Positions 51,804-63,026 of a stretch of 64,000 nt of DNA are shown one piece after another. The first letter of the stretch is position 1, and each line of letters opens with the position of its first letter. The translations under genes and the position numbers were made by a program. The notes below the pieces were generated by a model. It saw only the letters and a list, made by a program, of their open reading frames with translations, was not told the DNA's origin and did no database searches. The stretch is from Gammaproteobacteria bacterium (GTDB lineage Bacteria; Pseudomonadota; Gammaproteobacteria; Eutrophobiales; Eutrophobiaceae): the NCBI GenBank assembly GCA_016193395.1, contig JACPSH010000001.1, positions 15,895 through 79,894 on the forward strand. The letters are read 5' to 3'.

Positions 51804-53137
51804 TGAGCCGAGAGGCGATATCTGTTCACGCGCGCTGGGCAGCGCGAGACGTGCAGTTCGCACTACTCATAGTCGCAGCAAGTGTCGCGCTGTACTCACG
51901 TACCGCAATTGGCCCGCTCCAAGAGGCCATTAGGATCGCTCTTACCCTTAGTGACAACCAGATGGCGATACTGCAAGGTTCTGCATTGTCTTTACCGACA
52001 CTAGTAACGGCAGTCCCTCTCGGCCTCGCCATCGATCGCTACTCGCGGGTGCGGCTGCTAGTTGTAATGGCCGCGCTTGATATTCTTGGCAGTGTTATGA
52101 CTTCCTTCGCGGACGACTTCACGATTCTAGTCGTCGGCCGATGCATAGTCGGATTTGCCGTCGGTGCAATTTGCACGGTCGTCTTTTCACTAGTGGCTGA
52201 TTTGTACATTCCGAGCCAACGAGGACGAGCGGGCATGGTTGTGGTAATCGGCCAGTTCGTTGGAATGTCCGCAGCATTCGGGATTGGGGGTTTTCTGCTT
52301 TCCACTCATGCGCCGGAATACTGGCGCGTGGCAATGCTGTGGTTAAGCGCACCGCTGATACCAGCATGTTTGTTAATGCTGATACTCAATGAGCCAGCTC
52401 GTGCGGAAGTAATCATAGAGCGACCATCGATTCGTCAAACATGTAGGCAGCTATGGGCGTATCGTGGAGTGATCGGCACGCTTGCTGCCGGCATTGTGAT
52501 GGTGGAGGTCGGCGTAGGTGCCGCACTGACGTGGTCCGCCCCTGCACTGCTGCGAAAGTTTGCGATGTCACCAGCCCAAGTGGGCTCGACGGTCGCAATG
52601 GGCCTGTTGATCAGTGGTGTTCTAGGCCCCGTGGTCGGAGGCATGGTCTCAGATATGTGCCAAAGAGCTGGCGGTCCTAGTGCAACACTCCGGGTGATGG
52701 CGGCCCTAGCACTGAGCGCAGCTTCGGTCGGCTGCTTCGCCATTGCATCAACCGTAGCATTGGCAAGCACGCTTCTCATCGTGTTCATGACAGTCGTGTC
52801 CGCGCTAGCAGTAATGGGGACGGTGATATTTACAATCCTTATGCCAAACGAGATCCGTGGTTTGTGCTTAGCGCTATTGTTCGGGATGTGCCTGTTGTTC
52901 GGCCTTGGCCTCGGTCCGTTAGCCGTTAGTGTAGTGTCGGGAGCTATCGGTGGTCCGGAGAACATCGGGAGGGCGTTGGCAATTGTTTGCGTGATGGCGG
53001 GGCTCCTTGGTGCGGCATTGTTTGCGACTGGCAGGCAAGCGGTTTCGGCGCAATCCAAGCGCATGTTGGGTGCTGGCTCCGCGGGGCGTAATGGTGATCT
53101 TGTTTCTCGCGGGGTATCGGTTCAAGGGTCGGTGTAA
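51803..53137 (+). CDS. MFS transporter (spinster-like)
   Basis: About 12 TM; GLAIDRYSR, GRCIVG, ADLYIPSQRGRA. Confidence 0.88.
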   Translation: MSREAISVHARWAARDVQFALLIVAASVALYSRTAIGPLQEAIRIALTLSDNQMAILQGSALSLPTLVTAVPLGLAIDRYSRVRLLVVMAALDILGSVMTSFADDFTILVVGRCIVGFAVGAICTVVFSLVADLYIPSQRGRAGMVVVIGQFVGMSAAFGIGGFLLSTHAPEYWRVAMLWLSAPLIPACLLMLILNEPARAEVIIERPSIRQTCRQLWAYRGVIGTLAAGIVMVEVGVGAALTWSAPALLRKFAMSPAQVGSTVAMGLLISGVLGPVVGGMVSDMCQRAGGPSATLRVMAALALSAASVGCFAIASTVALASTLLIVFMTVVSALAVMGTVIFTILMPNEIRGLCLALLFGMCLLFGLGLGPLAVSVVSGAIGGPENIGRALAIVCVMAGLLGAALFATGRQAVSAQSKRMLGAGSAGRNGDLVSRGVSVQGSV

Positions 53138-53205
53138 GGGATCTAGTTAGTTGAATTCTGTGCCGACCAAATCTTGTTCTCAGCGGGCTATCCGGTGAGC
53201 GTGAG

Positions 53206-54231
53206 ATGTTGGGCGCGAGCAATTATCGGAGGATAAAGAGGTTGAAGAGATCGATACGACTTAGCTTGCACATCGAAACGTGGCCTGCGAATCGGCCGTT
53301 CCGTATCACAGGCAAGACTTGGCAAGCGTTCGAGGCTGTTGTAGTCGAAGTTGCTGACGGTTCCTATGTAGGGAGGGGAGAGGGACTGGGTGTTTACTAT
53401 TTCGGTGAGACCGCGACGAGCATAACCAAGCAGATCGAGGACGTAGCGGCAAATATCGAGGCGGGGATTAGCCGTGATGAGCTCCAAACCTTACTGCCGC
53501 CGGGCGGCGCGCGGAATGCTGTCGATTGTGCACTATGGGATCTGGAGAGCAAACGGCTCGGAGCGAGTATATGGCAACTCACGGGAGTGCATGCTCGACC
53601 GGTGACGACTGTTTACACTATCGGAATCGAGGAGAATTGTCAGCTTATGGCCGCACATGCAGCGGAGGCTGCGAAGTATCCAATTCTTAAGGTCAAACTT
53701 GACGGTCACGAGCCCCTTCAGCGCGTCCAAGCCATCCGTCGGGTCCGACCTGATGCACGCCTAATAGTTGACGCTAACCAAGCATGGACATTTACCCAGC
53801 TCACAGAGTTGTTGTCGCCATTGTTGGAAAGCGGGGTTGAGATGATCGAACAACCGTTGGCACTCGATGCAGATGACCAGCTCGAAGGATTCAAGGCAGC
53901 GATCCCGCTTGGTGCAGATGAGTCCTGTCAAGATCGACGGGACTTGAATCGGGTAGCGAAACGTTACCAGGTCATCAATATCAAATTGGATAAGACCGGT
54001 GGGTTGACCGAGGCGTTACTCTTGGCAGATGAGGCGCGGGCTCTTGGGCTGGACCTGATGGTCGGGAGTATGGGGGGCACATCGCTGAGCATGGCACCAA
54101 GCTTTGTCATCGCCCAGATGTGTCGGTTTTTCGACTTGGACGGTCCACTGTTGCTCAAGCACGATCGGTTGCCAGGCATGAAGTACGATGGAGTCAATGT
54201 CAGCCTCCCGGACCCAACGTTCTGGGGCTAA
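53206..54231 (+). CDS. dipeptide epimerase / N-acyl-D-Glu racemase (enolase superfamily, YcjG/DgcA-like)
   Basis: GARNAVDCALWDL, KVK, VDAN, IEQP, ADES, NIKLDKTGG, DLDGPLLL. Confidence 0.87.
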   Translation: MLGASNYRRIKRLKRSIRLSLHIETWPANRPFRITGKTWQAFEAVVVEVADGSYVGRGEGLGVYYFGETATSITKQIEDVAANIEAGISRDELQTLLPPGGARNAVDCALWDLESKRLGASIWQLTGVHARPVTTVYTIGIEENCQLMAAHAAEAAKYPILKVKLDGHEPLQRVQAIRRVRPDARLIVDANQAWTFTQLTELLSPLLESGVEMIEQPLALDADDQLEGFKAAIPLGADESCQDRRDLNRVAKRYQVINIKLDKTGGLTEALLLADEARALGLDLMVGSMGGTSLSMAPSFVIAQMCRFFDLDGPLLLKHDRLPGMKYDGVNVSLPDPTFWG

Positions 54232-54266
54232 TCAGGCTGATCGACTCCTCGTCATGGGGCAAGGCT

Positions 54267-54863
54267 CTATGCGTAGGTTACGACGAGAAAAGCAATGCAC
54301 TCTCCGCGACCGATATTTTCGATGCAGTGAGGCACGTCTGCGCGATAGTGCGCCGAAAACCCCTTCTTAAGGATGCACTGCTCAGCATTTGAGGTGACAC
54401 GCACGGCACCGCATTGCACCGTTAGAAACTCCCGTGTCCCATTGAAGTGGGGAGCGCTTTTTAGCGCGGCACCACGCTTAAGCCGAAGTTCATAGATCTC
54501 GATATCCTTTTCCATGTGAAGTGGCGAAAGTGTGCGGATGTGGCAATTGCTATCTGATCGATACAGGTAGGCAGGATCATCGGCTGAAACTACCTCGATC
54601 TGAGACCTGCGGGAGGGTTCATCTACCAGTTCCCCCAATGAAAGGGAGAACGCTTGGGCAATGCGGGAGGCCACGGCAACGGTGGGATTGGCCTCTCCAC
54701 ACTCGATCTGGCTCAGCCTAGACCGGCTAACCCCACTTGCCGCTGCGAGTTGGTCCAGCGTCCAGCCACGTTCTTTGCGTTGCTGCTTGACCCGTGCACA
54801 AAGTCGCCGGGCGAACTCATCACCCTTAATGACTTCGGCAGACTTCCTTTCTCTACGCGGCAT
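54267..54863 (-). CDS. XRE-family regulator with C-terminal cupin domain
   Basis: [54 protein letters not shown]. Confidence 0.9.
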   Translation of the reverse strand: MPRRERKSAEVIKGDEFARRLCARVKQQRKERGWTLDQLAAASGVSRSRLSQIECGEANPTVAVASRIAQAFSLSLGELVDEPSRRSQIEVVSADDPAYLYRSDSNCHIRTLSPLHMEKDIEIYELRLKRGAALKSAPHFNGTREFLTVQCGAVRVTSNAEQCILKKGFSAHYRADVPHCIENIGRGECIAFLVVTYA

Positions 54864-54885
54864 CCGGACTCTCGGGGGATAGCAG

Positions 54886-54965
54886 TCCAGTATATAGGAA
54901 AGTTGTCTTGTATATCGCCGGGCGCCGAGCGTACAATCTGTCAAACTTATATCCACGATACAGGA
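54886..54965. promoter_or_regulatory. repeated semi-palindromic operator candidates between the XRE-cupin gene and tdh
   Basis: TCCAGTATATAGGA (54886-54899) and TCCACGATACAGGA (54952-54965). Confidence 0.55.
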
Positions 54966-55003
54966 ACTCACCCAACCCAACCAAACGTTGGGAGGAACCC
55001 CCC

Positions 55004-56029
55004 TTGAAAGCGCTCGTCAAGCGTCGTGCGGAGCCTGGGCTATATCTGGAGGACGTCCCGGAACCCACAACGGGACCAAATGACGTGCTGATCCGCGTCA
55101 AGCGCGCCGCCATCTGCGGGACCGACCTGCACATCTATAACTGGGACGCCTGGGCGCAGGAGACCATTCCCGTGCCCATGGTGGTGGGCCACGAGTTCGC
55201 CGGTGAGATCGTTGAGGTCGGCGAGAACGTCAACGACTACCGGCCCGGGATGATCGTGTCCGGCGAGGGGCACATCGTCTGCGGGCGCTGCCGCAACTGT
55301 ATGGCGGGCCGTCGCCACTTGTGCCCGCACACCAGCGGCATCGGCGTCAACCGCGCCGGCGCCTTTGCCGAATTCATCGCCATCCCCAATGCCAACGTCT
55401 GGCAGCACAGCAACGGCATTGATCTGGACATCGCCGCCATTTTCGATCCCTTCGGCAATGCCGCGCACACGGCCCTGCAATGGGATCTGCTGGGAGAGGA
55501 CGTCCTCATTACCGGCGCAGGTCCCATCGGCATCATGGCCTGCTCCATTGCGCGGCATGCGGGTGCGCGGCACGTGGTGATTACCGATGTCAATGATTAC
55601 CGGCTGGAACTGGCCCGGAAACTCGGCGCAACGCGCACCGTGAACGTGCAGCGGGAGAAACTGGCCGACATTCAGAAGGAGCTGGGCATGCTGGAAGGCT
55701 TCGACGTGGGCCTCGAGATGTCCGGCAACGAGCAGGCATTCCGCGACATGGTGAACAATATGTGCCATGGCGGCAAAATATCCATGCTCGGCATTCCCGA
55801 GAAGACCATGGCCATCGACTGGCGCAAGGTGGTATTCAACATGCTCACCATCAAGGGTATCTACGGCCGCGAGATTTACGAGACCTGGTACAAAATGTCA
55901 GTGATGGTGCGCTCGGGCCTGGACCTCTCGCCGGTCATCACGCACCGCTTCCACTATACGGAGTTCCAGCAGGGCTTCGACGCCGTGCTGTCCGGTCAGT
56001 CTGGCAAGGTCGTGCTGAATTGGGAGTGA
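55004..56029 (+). CDS. tdh: L-threonine 3-dehydrogenase
   Basis: [49 protein letters not shown] start gives 341 aa. Confidence 0.96.
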   Translation: MKALVKRRAEPGLYLEDVPEPTTGPNDVLIRVKRAAICGTDLHIYNWDAWAQETIPVPMVVGHEFAGEIVEVGENVNDYRPGMIVSGEGHIVCGRCRNCMAGRRHLCPHTSGIGVNRAGAFAEFIAIPNANVWQHSNGIDLDIAAIFDPFGNAAHTALQWDLLGEDVLITGAGPIGIMACSIARHAGARHVVITDVNDYRLELARKLGATRTVNVQREKLADIQKELGMLEGFDVGLEMSGNEQAFRDMVNNMCHGGKISMLGIPEKTMAIDWRKVVFNMLTIKGIYGREIYETWYKMSVMVRSGLDLSPVITHRFHYTEFQQGFDAVLSGQSGKVVLNWE

Positions 56030-56047
56030 CTGGCACACCTCCTTTTC

Positions 56048-57235
<1,188 letters not shown>

Positions 57236-57257
57236 ATAAGGTATCAGGTTTATTTCG

Positions 57258-57350
57258 GTCATTCCGGCGAAGGCCGGAATCCAGTAGAAATTATCCACTG
57301 GACCCCGGCTTTCGCCGGGGTGACGGCTTCTTTCGCCGGGGTGACGGCTT
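57258..57350. repeat. GTCATTCC-type REP-like palindrome with a 21-bp tandem duplication
   Basis: GTCATTCCGGCGAAGGCCGGAATCCAGT...CTGGACCCCGGCTTTCGCCGGGGTGAC; CTTTCGCCGGGGTGACGGCTT occurs twice. Confidence 0.78.
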
Positions 57351-57380
57351 AAGTAAGTGCCATTGGCGAGTTTGTAATCC

Positions 57381-58532
57381 ATGTCTATAGCGCCAACGCT
57401 TGAAGCGGATCGACCGAAGCGGACCGCGCTGTATCCACTTCTTGAGTCTGCGGGCGCGAAGTTCGTCAGTTTTGCGGGCTACTGGATGCCGCTGCAGTTC
57501 CCGCAGGGGATCCGGCACGAACACCTGCACACACGCAGTCGGGCCGGTCTATTCGATATTTCCCACATGGGGCAGATCCTGATCACCGGAGCCGATCCGG
57601 CCACGAGCCTGGAAGCATTGGTCCCGGGCGACATTTGCGGTCTGTCGGGATACCAGCAGCGCTACACCCAGTTCACCAACGATCGCGGCGGCATCAGGGA
57701 CGATATCATGGTCACGCGGCTGCCGGAGGGATTGTGGCTGGTTGTGAATGCCGCGACGAAGGCAGCCGATCTGACGTACCTGGATGGGAACCTGGAAGGC
57801 CAGTGCGCCGTCAGCGCGCAGCAGCGCGCCCTGCTTGCATTGCAGGGTCCGGAAGCAGCCAGGGTGATGGAGAGTCTTTGCCCGGGTGCGGAACGGATCC
57901 CGTTTTTGCATTGCACCCGGTTGCTGCTTGCCGGCGCGCCGGTGCTGGTGCACCGCTGCGGATATACGGGCGAGGATGGCTTTGAGATCTCAATGGAGGA
58001 AGAGAATGCGGAATCCTGCGCCCGGGCGCTGCTGCAAATGCCGGGTGTCGAACTCGTCGGACTGGGCGCCAGGGACACGCTGCGGCTCGAGGCCGGCATG
58101 TGCTTGTATGGACAGGATCTGGACGAATCCACCACGCCCGTGGAGGCACGGTTGGGCTGGACGATTGCCCGCAGGTTCAGGCAGGAGCCCTCAGCCGCTC
58201 GCTTTCCGGGCGCATCCATCGTGTTGAAGCAATTGCTTGAAGGCACGGTGCGTCTGCGCGTGGGATTACTTCCGGATGGCCGGACTCCGGCCCGGGCAGG
58301 CACGCAACTGTTCGATGCGGATGAATCCACCGGCGGGCAGGTGACCAGCGGTGGATTCAGTCCGACCCTGGACCGGCCTTGCGCCATGGGATACGTTGCG
58401 ACGCGCTTCTCAAAGCCCGGCACGCGGCTGCTGGCGAAAGTGCGCGATCGGCTGCATGAAGTCGAAGTATCACCGCTGCCATTCGTTCCCCACCGTTATT
58501 TCACTCCAGCCTCGACGAAGGAAACCCTATGA
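57381..58532 (+). CDS. gcvT: glycine cleavage aminomethyltransferase T
   Basis: FDISHMGQ, ALQGP, GYTGEDGFEI, GLGARDTLRLEAG. Confidence 0.95.
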   Translation: MSIAPTLEADRPKRTALYPLLESAGAKFVSFAGYWMPLQFPQGIRHEHLHTRSRAGLFDISHMGQILITGADPATSLEALVPGDICGLSGYQQRYTQFTNDRGGIRDDIMVTRLPEGLWLVVNAATKAADLTYLDGNLEGQCAVSAQQRALLALQGPEAARVMESLCPGAERIPFLHCTRLLLAGAPVLVHRCGYTGEDGFEISMEEENAESCARALLQMPGVELVGLGARDTLRLEAGMCLYGQDLDESTTPVEARLGWTIARRFRQEPSAARFPGASIVLKQLLEGTVRLRVGLLPDGRTPARAGTQLFDADESTGGQVTSGGFSPTLDRPCAMGYVATRFSKPGTRLLAKVRDRLHEVEVSPLPFVPHRYFTPASTKETL

Positions 58533-58906
58533 GTCAATTCAGGTACAGCAAGGATCACGAGTGGTTGCGCGAGGAGACCGCGGGAATTGCAACCGTGGGG
58601 ATCACCGAGTACGCGGCGCAACAACTGGGCGATGTCGTCTTTATCGAGCTGCCTGAGATCGGGAAAACGGTGTCCGGCGGCGACGTCCTCGCCGTCATCG
58701 AGTCGGTCAAGGCCGCCGTGGAAGTCTACGCGCCGGTGAGTGGAGAGGTCGTGGCAATCAATGACCGGCTGGTCGACGAACCGGAACTGGCAAACAAGGA
58801 TCCCCGCAGTCAGGGGTGGTTTCTAAAGCTGCGGATCGCGAATCCCACGGAACTGAATGGTCTCATGGACGATGACGCCTACGCGAAATACATCGCCGGC
58901 TTGTAG
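58529..58906 (+). CDS. gcvH: glycine cleavage H protein
   Basis: [21 protein letters not shown] lipoyl lysine. Confidence 0.95.
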   Translation: MSQFRYSKDHEWLREETAGIATVGITEYAAQQLGDVVFIELPEIGKTVSGGDVLAVIESVKAAVEVYAPVSGEVVAINDRLVDEPELANKDPRSQGWFLKLRIANPTELNGLMDDDAYAKYIAGL

Positions 58907-58937
58907 ACGAACTGCCAACGAACGGGAAGTACCACAC

Positions 58938-61850
58938 ATGAATGAGCGGGCAATTGCACTGGACGACCTCGAAATGCGCGGCGACTTCATTCGCCGGCAC
59001 ATCGGTCCTGATCGGCAGCAGATTGCGGAAATGGTGGGTTTTCTGGGGCTGGAATCCCTCGACGGGATCGTGGAGGCGGCGGTACCGGAAAGCATCATGC
59101 TGCAGAAACCACTGGCGCTGACGGACGCAAGCAGCGAACGCGAGGTCATTACACACTTGCGGGAGATGCGCGAACGCAACCGCATTTTCATTTCCATGAT
59201 CGGCATGGGCTACTACGGCACGATCATGCCGGCCGTCATCAAGCGCAACGTACTGGAGAACCCGGGCTGGTACACGGCGTATACGCCTTACCAGGCGGAA
59301 ATCAGCCAGGGGCGCCTCGAGGCGCTGTTGAATTTCCAGCAATTGATCACCGACCTCACGGGCATGGAAATCTCCAACGCCTCCATGCTCGATGAGGCGA
59401 CCGCCGCGGCGGAAGCGATGGCCATGTGCAGACGGGCTTCAAAATCAACCAGCTATCGCTTCCTGGTCGATTCGGGATGCCATCCGCAGACGCTCGCGGT
59501 CGTGAGAACGCGCGCCCGGTATTTCGGTTTCGAAATCATCGTCGGCGATCCGGCCGGGGACTTGGCGGCGCAAGAGGTGTTCGGCGTCCTGTTCCAGTAC
59601 CCGGACACCAATGGCCGGGTGCGGGACCTCAGTCCGGCCATCGCGGCGGCGCATCGGCAGGGCGCGTTGGCCGTCGTGGCGGCCGACCTGTTGGCCCTGG
59701 TATTGCTGAAGTCGCCGGGCGCGATGGGCGCGGACATCGTCGTCGGCAGCGCGCAGCGTTTCGGAGTGCCGATGGGTTACGGCGGTCCTCATGCCGCGTT
59801 TTTCGCAACGCGTGAACGGTATGTCCGGCAGATGCCGGGACGCATCATCGGTGTGTCCAGGGACAGCAATGGCGATGTCGCGCTGCGCATGGCCCTCCAG
59901 ACCCGCGAACAGCATATCCGCAGGGAAAAGGCCACCAGCAACATCTGCACGTCCCAGGCCCTGCTCGCCATCATCTCGGGATTCTATGCCATCTACCATG
60001 GTCCCAGAGAACTGAAGACCATCGCCCTGCGAACGCATCGGCTGATGCAGATTTTCGTGCTGGCGTTGCGGGACCTGGGGTACGAAGTCGTGACGGAAGC
60101 GTTCTTCGATACCATCAAGGTGCGCGTGCCGAATCGCGCGCGGCGACTCGCCGCCAAGGCCCGCGGCGCGCGGATCAACCTGCGGGTCCACGATGCCGAT
60201 CACTTAGGGATCAGTTTTGATGAGACGACGCGCCGGAAGGAACTGTATGCCTTGTGGCGGGTATTCGCGCCGCAGGGCACAGGATCATTTGATCTCCCGG
60301 CCGTGGATCGAAAGGTCACGGAATGTATCCCCGAATCCCTGCTGCGCAGCGACCAGATCCTGACGCACCCGGTGTTTTCGATGTACCACTCGGAAACGGA
60401 AATGATGCGTTACATGCGTTGGCTGGCGCGACGGGACATTGCCCTGGACAGGGCAATGATTCCACTTGGCTCATGCACGATGAAGCTGAATGCGGCAACC
60501 GAGCTTGCGGCCCTGTCCTACCGTGAGTTCAACGCCATGCATCCCTTTGCTCCGCTGGAGCAGGCCCAGGGTTACCAGCAGATGTTCGAAGAGCTGGAGG
60601 ACATGTTGTGCGACCTGACCGGGTTTCATGCCTTCTCCTTGCAGCCGAATGCCGGCTCCCAGGGTGAATACGCGGGTCTGCTGGTGATCAGGAAGTATCA
60701 CGAAGTGCGGGGCCAGTCACAGCGCGATGTCTGTCTAATCCCGGCCTCTGCCCATGGGACCAATCCCGCCAGCGCGACAATGGCCGGTCTGAAGATCGCC
60801 GTCGTCGCCTGCGACAAGTCCGGGAACGTGGACGTGGACGACTTGCTCGCCAAGGCGAAGCAGCATGCGAACCGGCTGGCGGCGTTGATGATTACCTATC
60901 CCTCCACGCACGGCGTGTACGAGGAGTCGATCCGCCGACTCTGCGACGTCGTCCATGAGCACGGAGGACAGGTTTACTTGGACGGGGCCAATATGAATGC
61001 CCTGGTGGGGATCTGCAGGCCGGCGGAGATCGGGGCCGACGTCATGCACATCAATTTGCACAAGACCTTCGGAATTCCGCACGGCGGGGGCGGTCCCGGA
61101 ATGGGACCCATCGGAGTGAAGGTGCATCTCGCGCCTTTTCTTCCCGATCATCCGTGCGTGGACGGGGTCAACCCGGCGGCCGGGCCGGAGGGAACCATCG
61201 GCACGGTGTCCGCGGCTCCCTGGGGTTCGGCCAGCATCCTGGCGATCTCCTGGGCGTACATTGCAATGATGGGCGCCCATGGCCTGCGCCGGGCGACGCT
61301 CGTGGCCCTGCTCAACGCCAATTACATCGCGCAACGGCTCCGGACTTGCTATCCAGTCCTGTATACGGGCAAGAATGGAATGGTCGCGCATGAATGCATC
61401 ATCGATCTGCGTCCCATCAAGGAAAAGACCGGCATCACGGTGGATGATGTCGCAAAGCGGCTAATCGACTACGGTTTCCATGCTCCGACCATGTCCTTTC
61501 CGGTACCGGACACTCTGATGATCGAACCCACCGAGAGTGAGAACAAGCGCGAGCTGGATCGGTTTTGCGAGGCCATGATTTCGATCCGGAAGGAAATCGG
61601 GGAGATCGAGCAGGGCCTGGCGGACCGCGAAAACAACCTGCTCAAGAACGCGCCGCACACCCAGCAACTCTTGTTGGCGGAATCCTGGGATTATCCCTAT
61701 TCGAAGCAGCGGGCTTTTTCGCCATCGCCGGTCCTGCGCGAGGATAAGTACTGGCCACCGGTCGGCAGGGTGGACAACGTCTACGGCGACCGGAACCTGT
61801 TCTGCAATTGCGTGCCTGCCGAGGATTACGCGTACGCATTAATTCCATAG
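58938..61850 (+). CDS. gcvP: glycine dehydrogenase (decarboxylating) P protein
   Basis: [56 protein letters not shown]. Confidence 0.97.
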   Translation: MNERAIALDDLEMRGDFIRRHIGPDRQQIAEMVGFLGLESLDGIVEAAVPESIMLQKPLALTDASSEREVITHLREMRERNRIFISMIGMGYYGTIMPAVIKRNVLENPGWYTAYTPYQAEISQGRLEALLNFQQLITDLTGMEISNASMLDEATAAAEAMAMCRRASKSTSYRFLVDSGCHPQTLAVVRTRARYFGFEIIVGDPAGDLAAQEVFGVLFQYPDTNGRVRDLSPAIAAAHRQGALAVVAADLLALVLLKSPGAMGADIVVGSAQRFGVPMGYGGPHAAFFATRERYVRQMPGRIIGVSRDSNGDVALRMALQTREQHIRREKATSNICTSQALLAIISGFYAIYHGPRELKTIALRTHRLMQIFVLALRDLGYEVVTEAFFDTIKVRVPNRARRLAAKARGARINLRVHDADHLGISFDETTRRKELYALWRVFAPQGTGSFDLPAVDRKVTECIPESLLRSDQILTHPVFSMYHSETEMMRYMRWLARRDIALDRAMIPLGSCTMKLNAATELAALSYREFNAMHPFAPLEQAQGYQQMFEELEDMLCDLTGFHAFSLQPNAGSQGEYAGLLVIRKYHEVRGQSQRDVCLIPASAHGTNPASATMAGLKIAVVACDKSGNVDVDDLLAKAKQHANRLAALMITYPSTHGVYEESIRRLCDVVHEHGGQVYLDGANMNALVGICRPAEIGADVMHINLHKTFGIPHGGGGPGMGPIGVKVHLAPFLPDHPCVDGVNPAAGPEGTIGTVSAAPWGSASILAISWAYIAMMGAHGLRRATLVALLNANYIAQRLRTCYPVLYTGKNGMVAHECIIDLRPIKEKTGITVDDVAKRLIDYGFHAPTMSFPVPDTLMIEPTESENKRELDRFCEAMISIRKEIGEIEQGLADRENNLLKNAPHTQQLLLAESWDYPYSKQRAFSPSPVLREDKYWPPVGRVDNVYGDRNLFCNCVPAEDYAYALIP

Positions 61851-61881
61851 AAACCCTTGTGCCGCGCAGGCCAGGATGGCG

Positions 61882-61911
61882 TTGACTGTGGTGATACACC
61901 AGTGTTACTCT
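61882..61911 (+). promoter_or_regulatory. TA operon promoter with palindromic operator
   Basis: TTGACT (-35), TGGTG-ATA-CACCA palindrome, TGn-TACTCT extended -10. Confidence 0.55.
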
Positions 61912-61932
61912 CAATCGTTGCAGGGAGGTCAT

Positions 61933-62154
61933 ATGCCCACATCCAAGAAACGAATCAATATTACGGTGAACGACGACGTGTACGAAGCTTTGGAGCGCCT
62001 TTCGAAAAAACGCGATGAACCTGTCGCCGGCGTCGGGTTGGATCTGATTGAGGAGGCGCTGGAGTACCAGGAAGATCTTTACTTTTCACGGGTTGCGGAT
62101 GAACGACTCAGCAGGAAGGAAAAACGAATTGCACATGCGAAGGCCTGGGGTTGA
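61933..62154 (+). CDS. antitoxin (ribbon-helix-helix-like)
   Basis: KKRINITVNDDVYEALERLS; C-terminal ADERL...HAKAW; overlaps the toxin start. Confidence 0.8.
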   Translation: MPTSKKRINITVNDDVYEALERLSKKRDEPVAGVGLDLIEEALEYQEDLYFSRVADERLSRKEKRIAHAKAWG

Positions 62155-62414
62155 GCTTTCGGATCGAATACTTGGAAAGTGTTGTTCGGGAAGATATCCC
62201 TCGCCTGTCCAAATCGGCGAAGGAACAGGTTCGTAAGGCTGTTGAACGCAAGCTCACCATACACCCTTTCGAGTTTGGGAAGCCCCTCCGGTATAGTTTT
62301 AAAGGGGCCCGACGTCTGCGGGTTGGCGATTATCGAGTGATCTACAGAATTGAACCTCCCGACGTTGTCTTGATTGTGAAAATCGGGCATCGTCGAGAGG
62401 TCTACGAAGACTAA
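62151..62414 (+). CDS. RelE/StbE-family toxin
   Basis: GKPLR..FKGARRLRVGDYRVIY..VLIVKIGHRREVY. Confidence 0.9.
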   Translation: MSFRIEYLESVVREDIPRLSKSAKEQVRKAVERKLTIHPFEFGKPLRYSFKGARRLRVGDYRVIYRIEPPDVVLIVKIGHRREVYED

Positions 62415-62453
62415 AAGCTTGGCCCCGAATGTGTGTTCACGGGGAGAAAAATC

Positions 62454-62900
62454 TCAAGTCCTCCAGAACCGTTCCATCTCCAGGAAAGTGAAGGACGCCG
62501 ACCAGGTGATCAGCACGAATCCGGATAGCGCTTCCACGCCCGCCAGGAACCGCACCGCCCCCGTCGGCACCACGTCGCCCAGGCCGAGCGTCGTGTAGCA
62601 CACCGCCGAGAAATAGATGGAATCGAGGAAGCCGACTGTGTAACCGGCGACCAGCGCGCCGTAACCCTGAAAGGCAGTCAGAACGTAGTACGCACTGCCG
62701 AACACCCAGATATCCGCGACGTGGATCAGCAGGATCGAGAAAATCAGAAGCAGGATCTTCGGCCGCTGCGGCATGTGCACGCGTTTGAGGAGGCCGGTCA
62801 AAAGGCTGAACGCCTCGTAATGCATCAGGACGCAGAGGACGACCACGAACGTCGTGACCGCGACGACTACCCAGCGGTTTCCCCAGGTTTCTCCCTGCAT
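62454..62900 (-). CDS. small potassium-channel-family (Ion_trans_2) membrane protein
   Basis: IYFSAVCYTTLGLGD pore motif; start uncertain (frame open to 63002). Confidence 0.78.
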   Translation of the reverse strand: MQGETWGNRWVVVAVTTFVVVLCVLMHYEAFSLLTGLLKRVHMPQRPKILLLIFSILLIHVADIWVFGSAYYVLTAFQGYGALVAGYTVGFLDSIYFSAVCYTTLGLGDVVPTGAVRFLAGVEALSGFVLITWSASFTFLEMERFWRT

Positions 62901-63026
62901 GGCCTGTGCGACGGCGGCGAACGACACGGTGCATAGCAGAAACGCCGCCGGGAGGCTCGACAGGGCGCGCGGACCGCGGGCTTGCCGTTTGTCAGTGTTC
63001 ACGGGAGTCGCCTCGCCGTAGTGGAT

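Noticed and set aside
45151..54406. Diverged repeat pair as a DGR template/variable repeat
   Set aside because: Mismatches are at silent positions and involve all bases rather than adenines, and there is no reverse transcriptase in the window.
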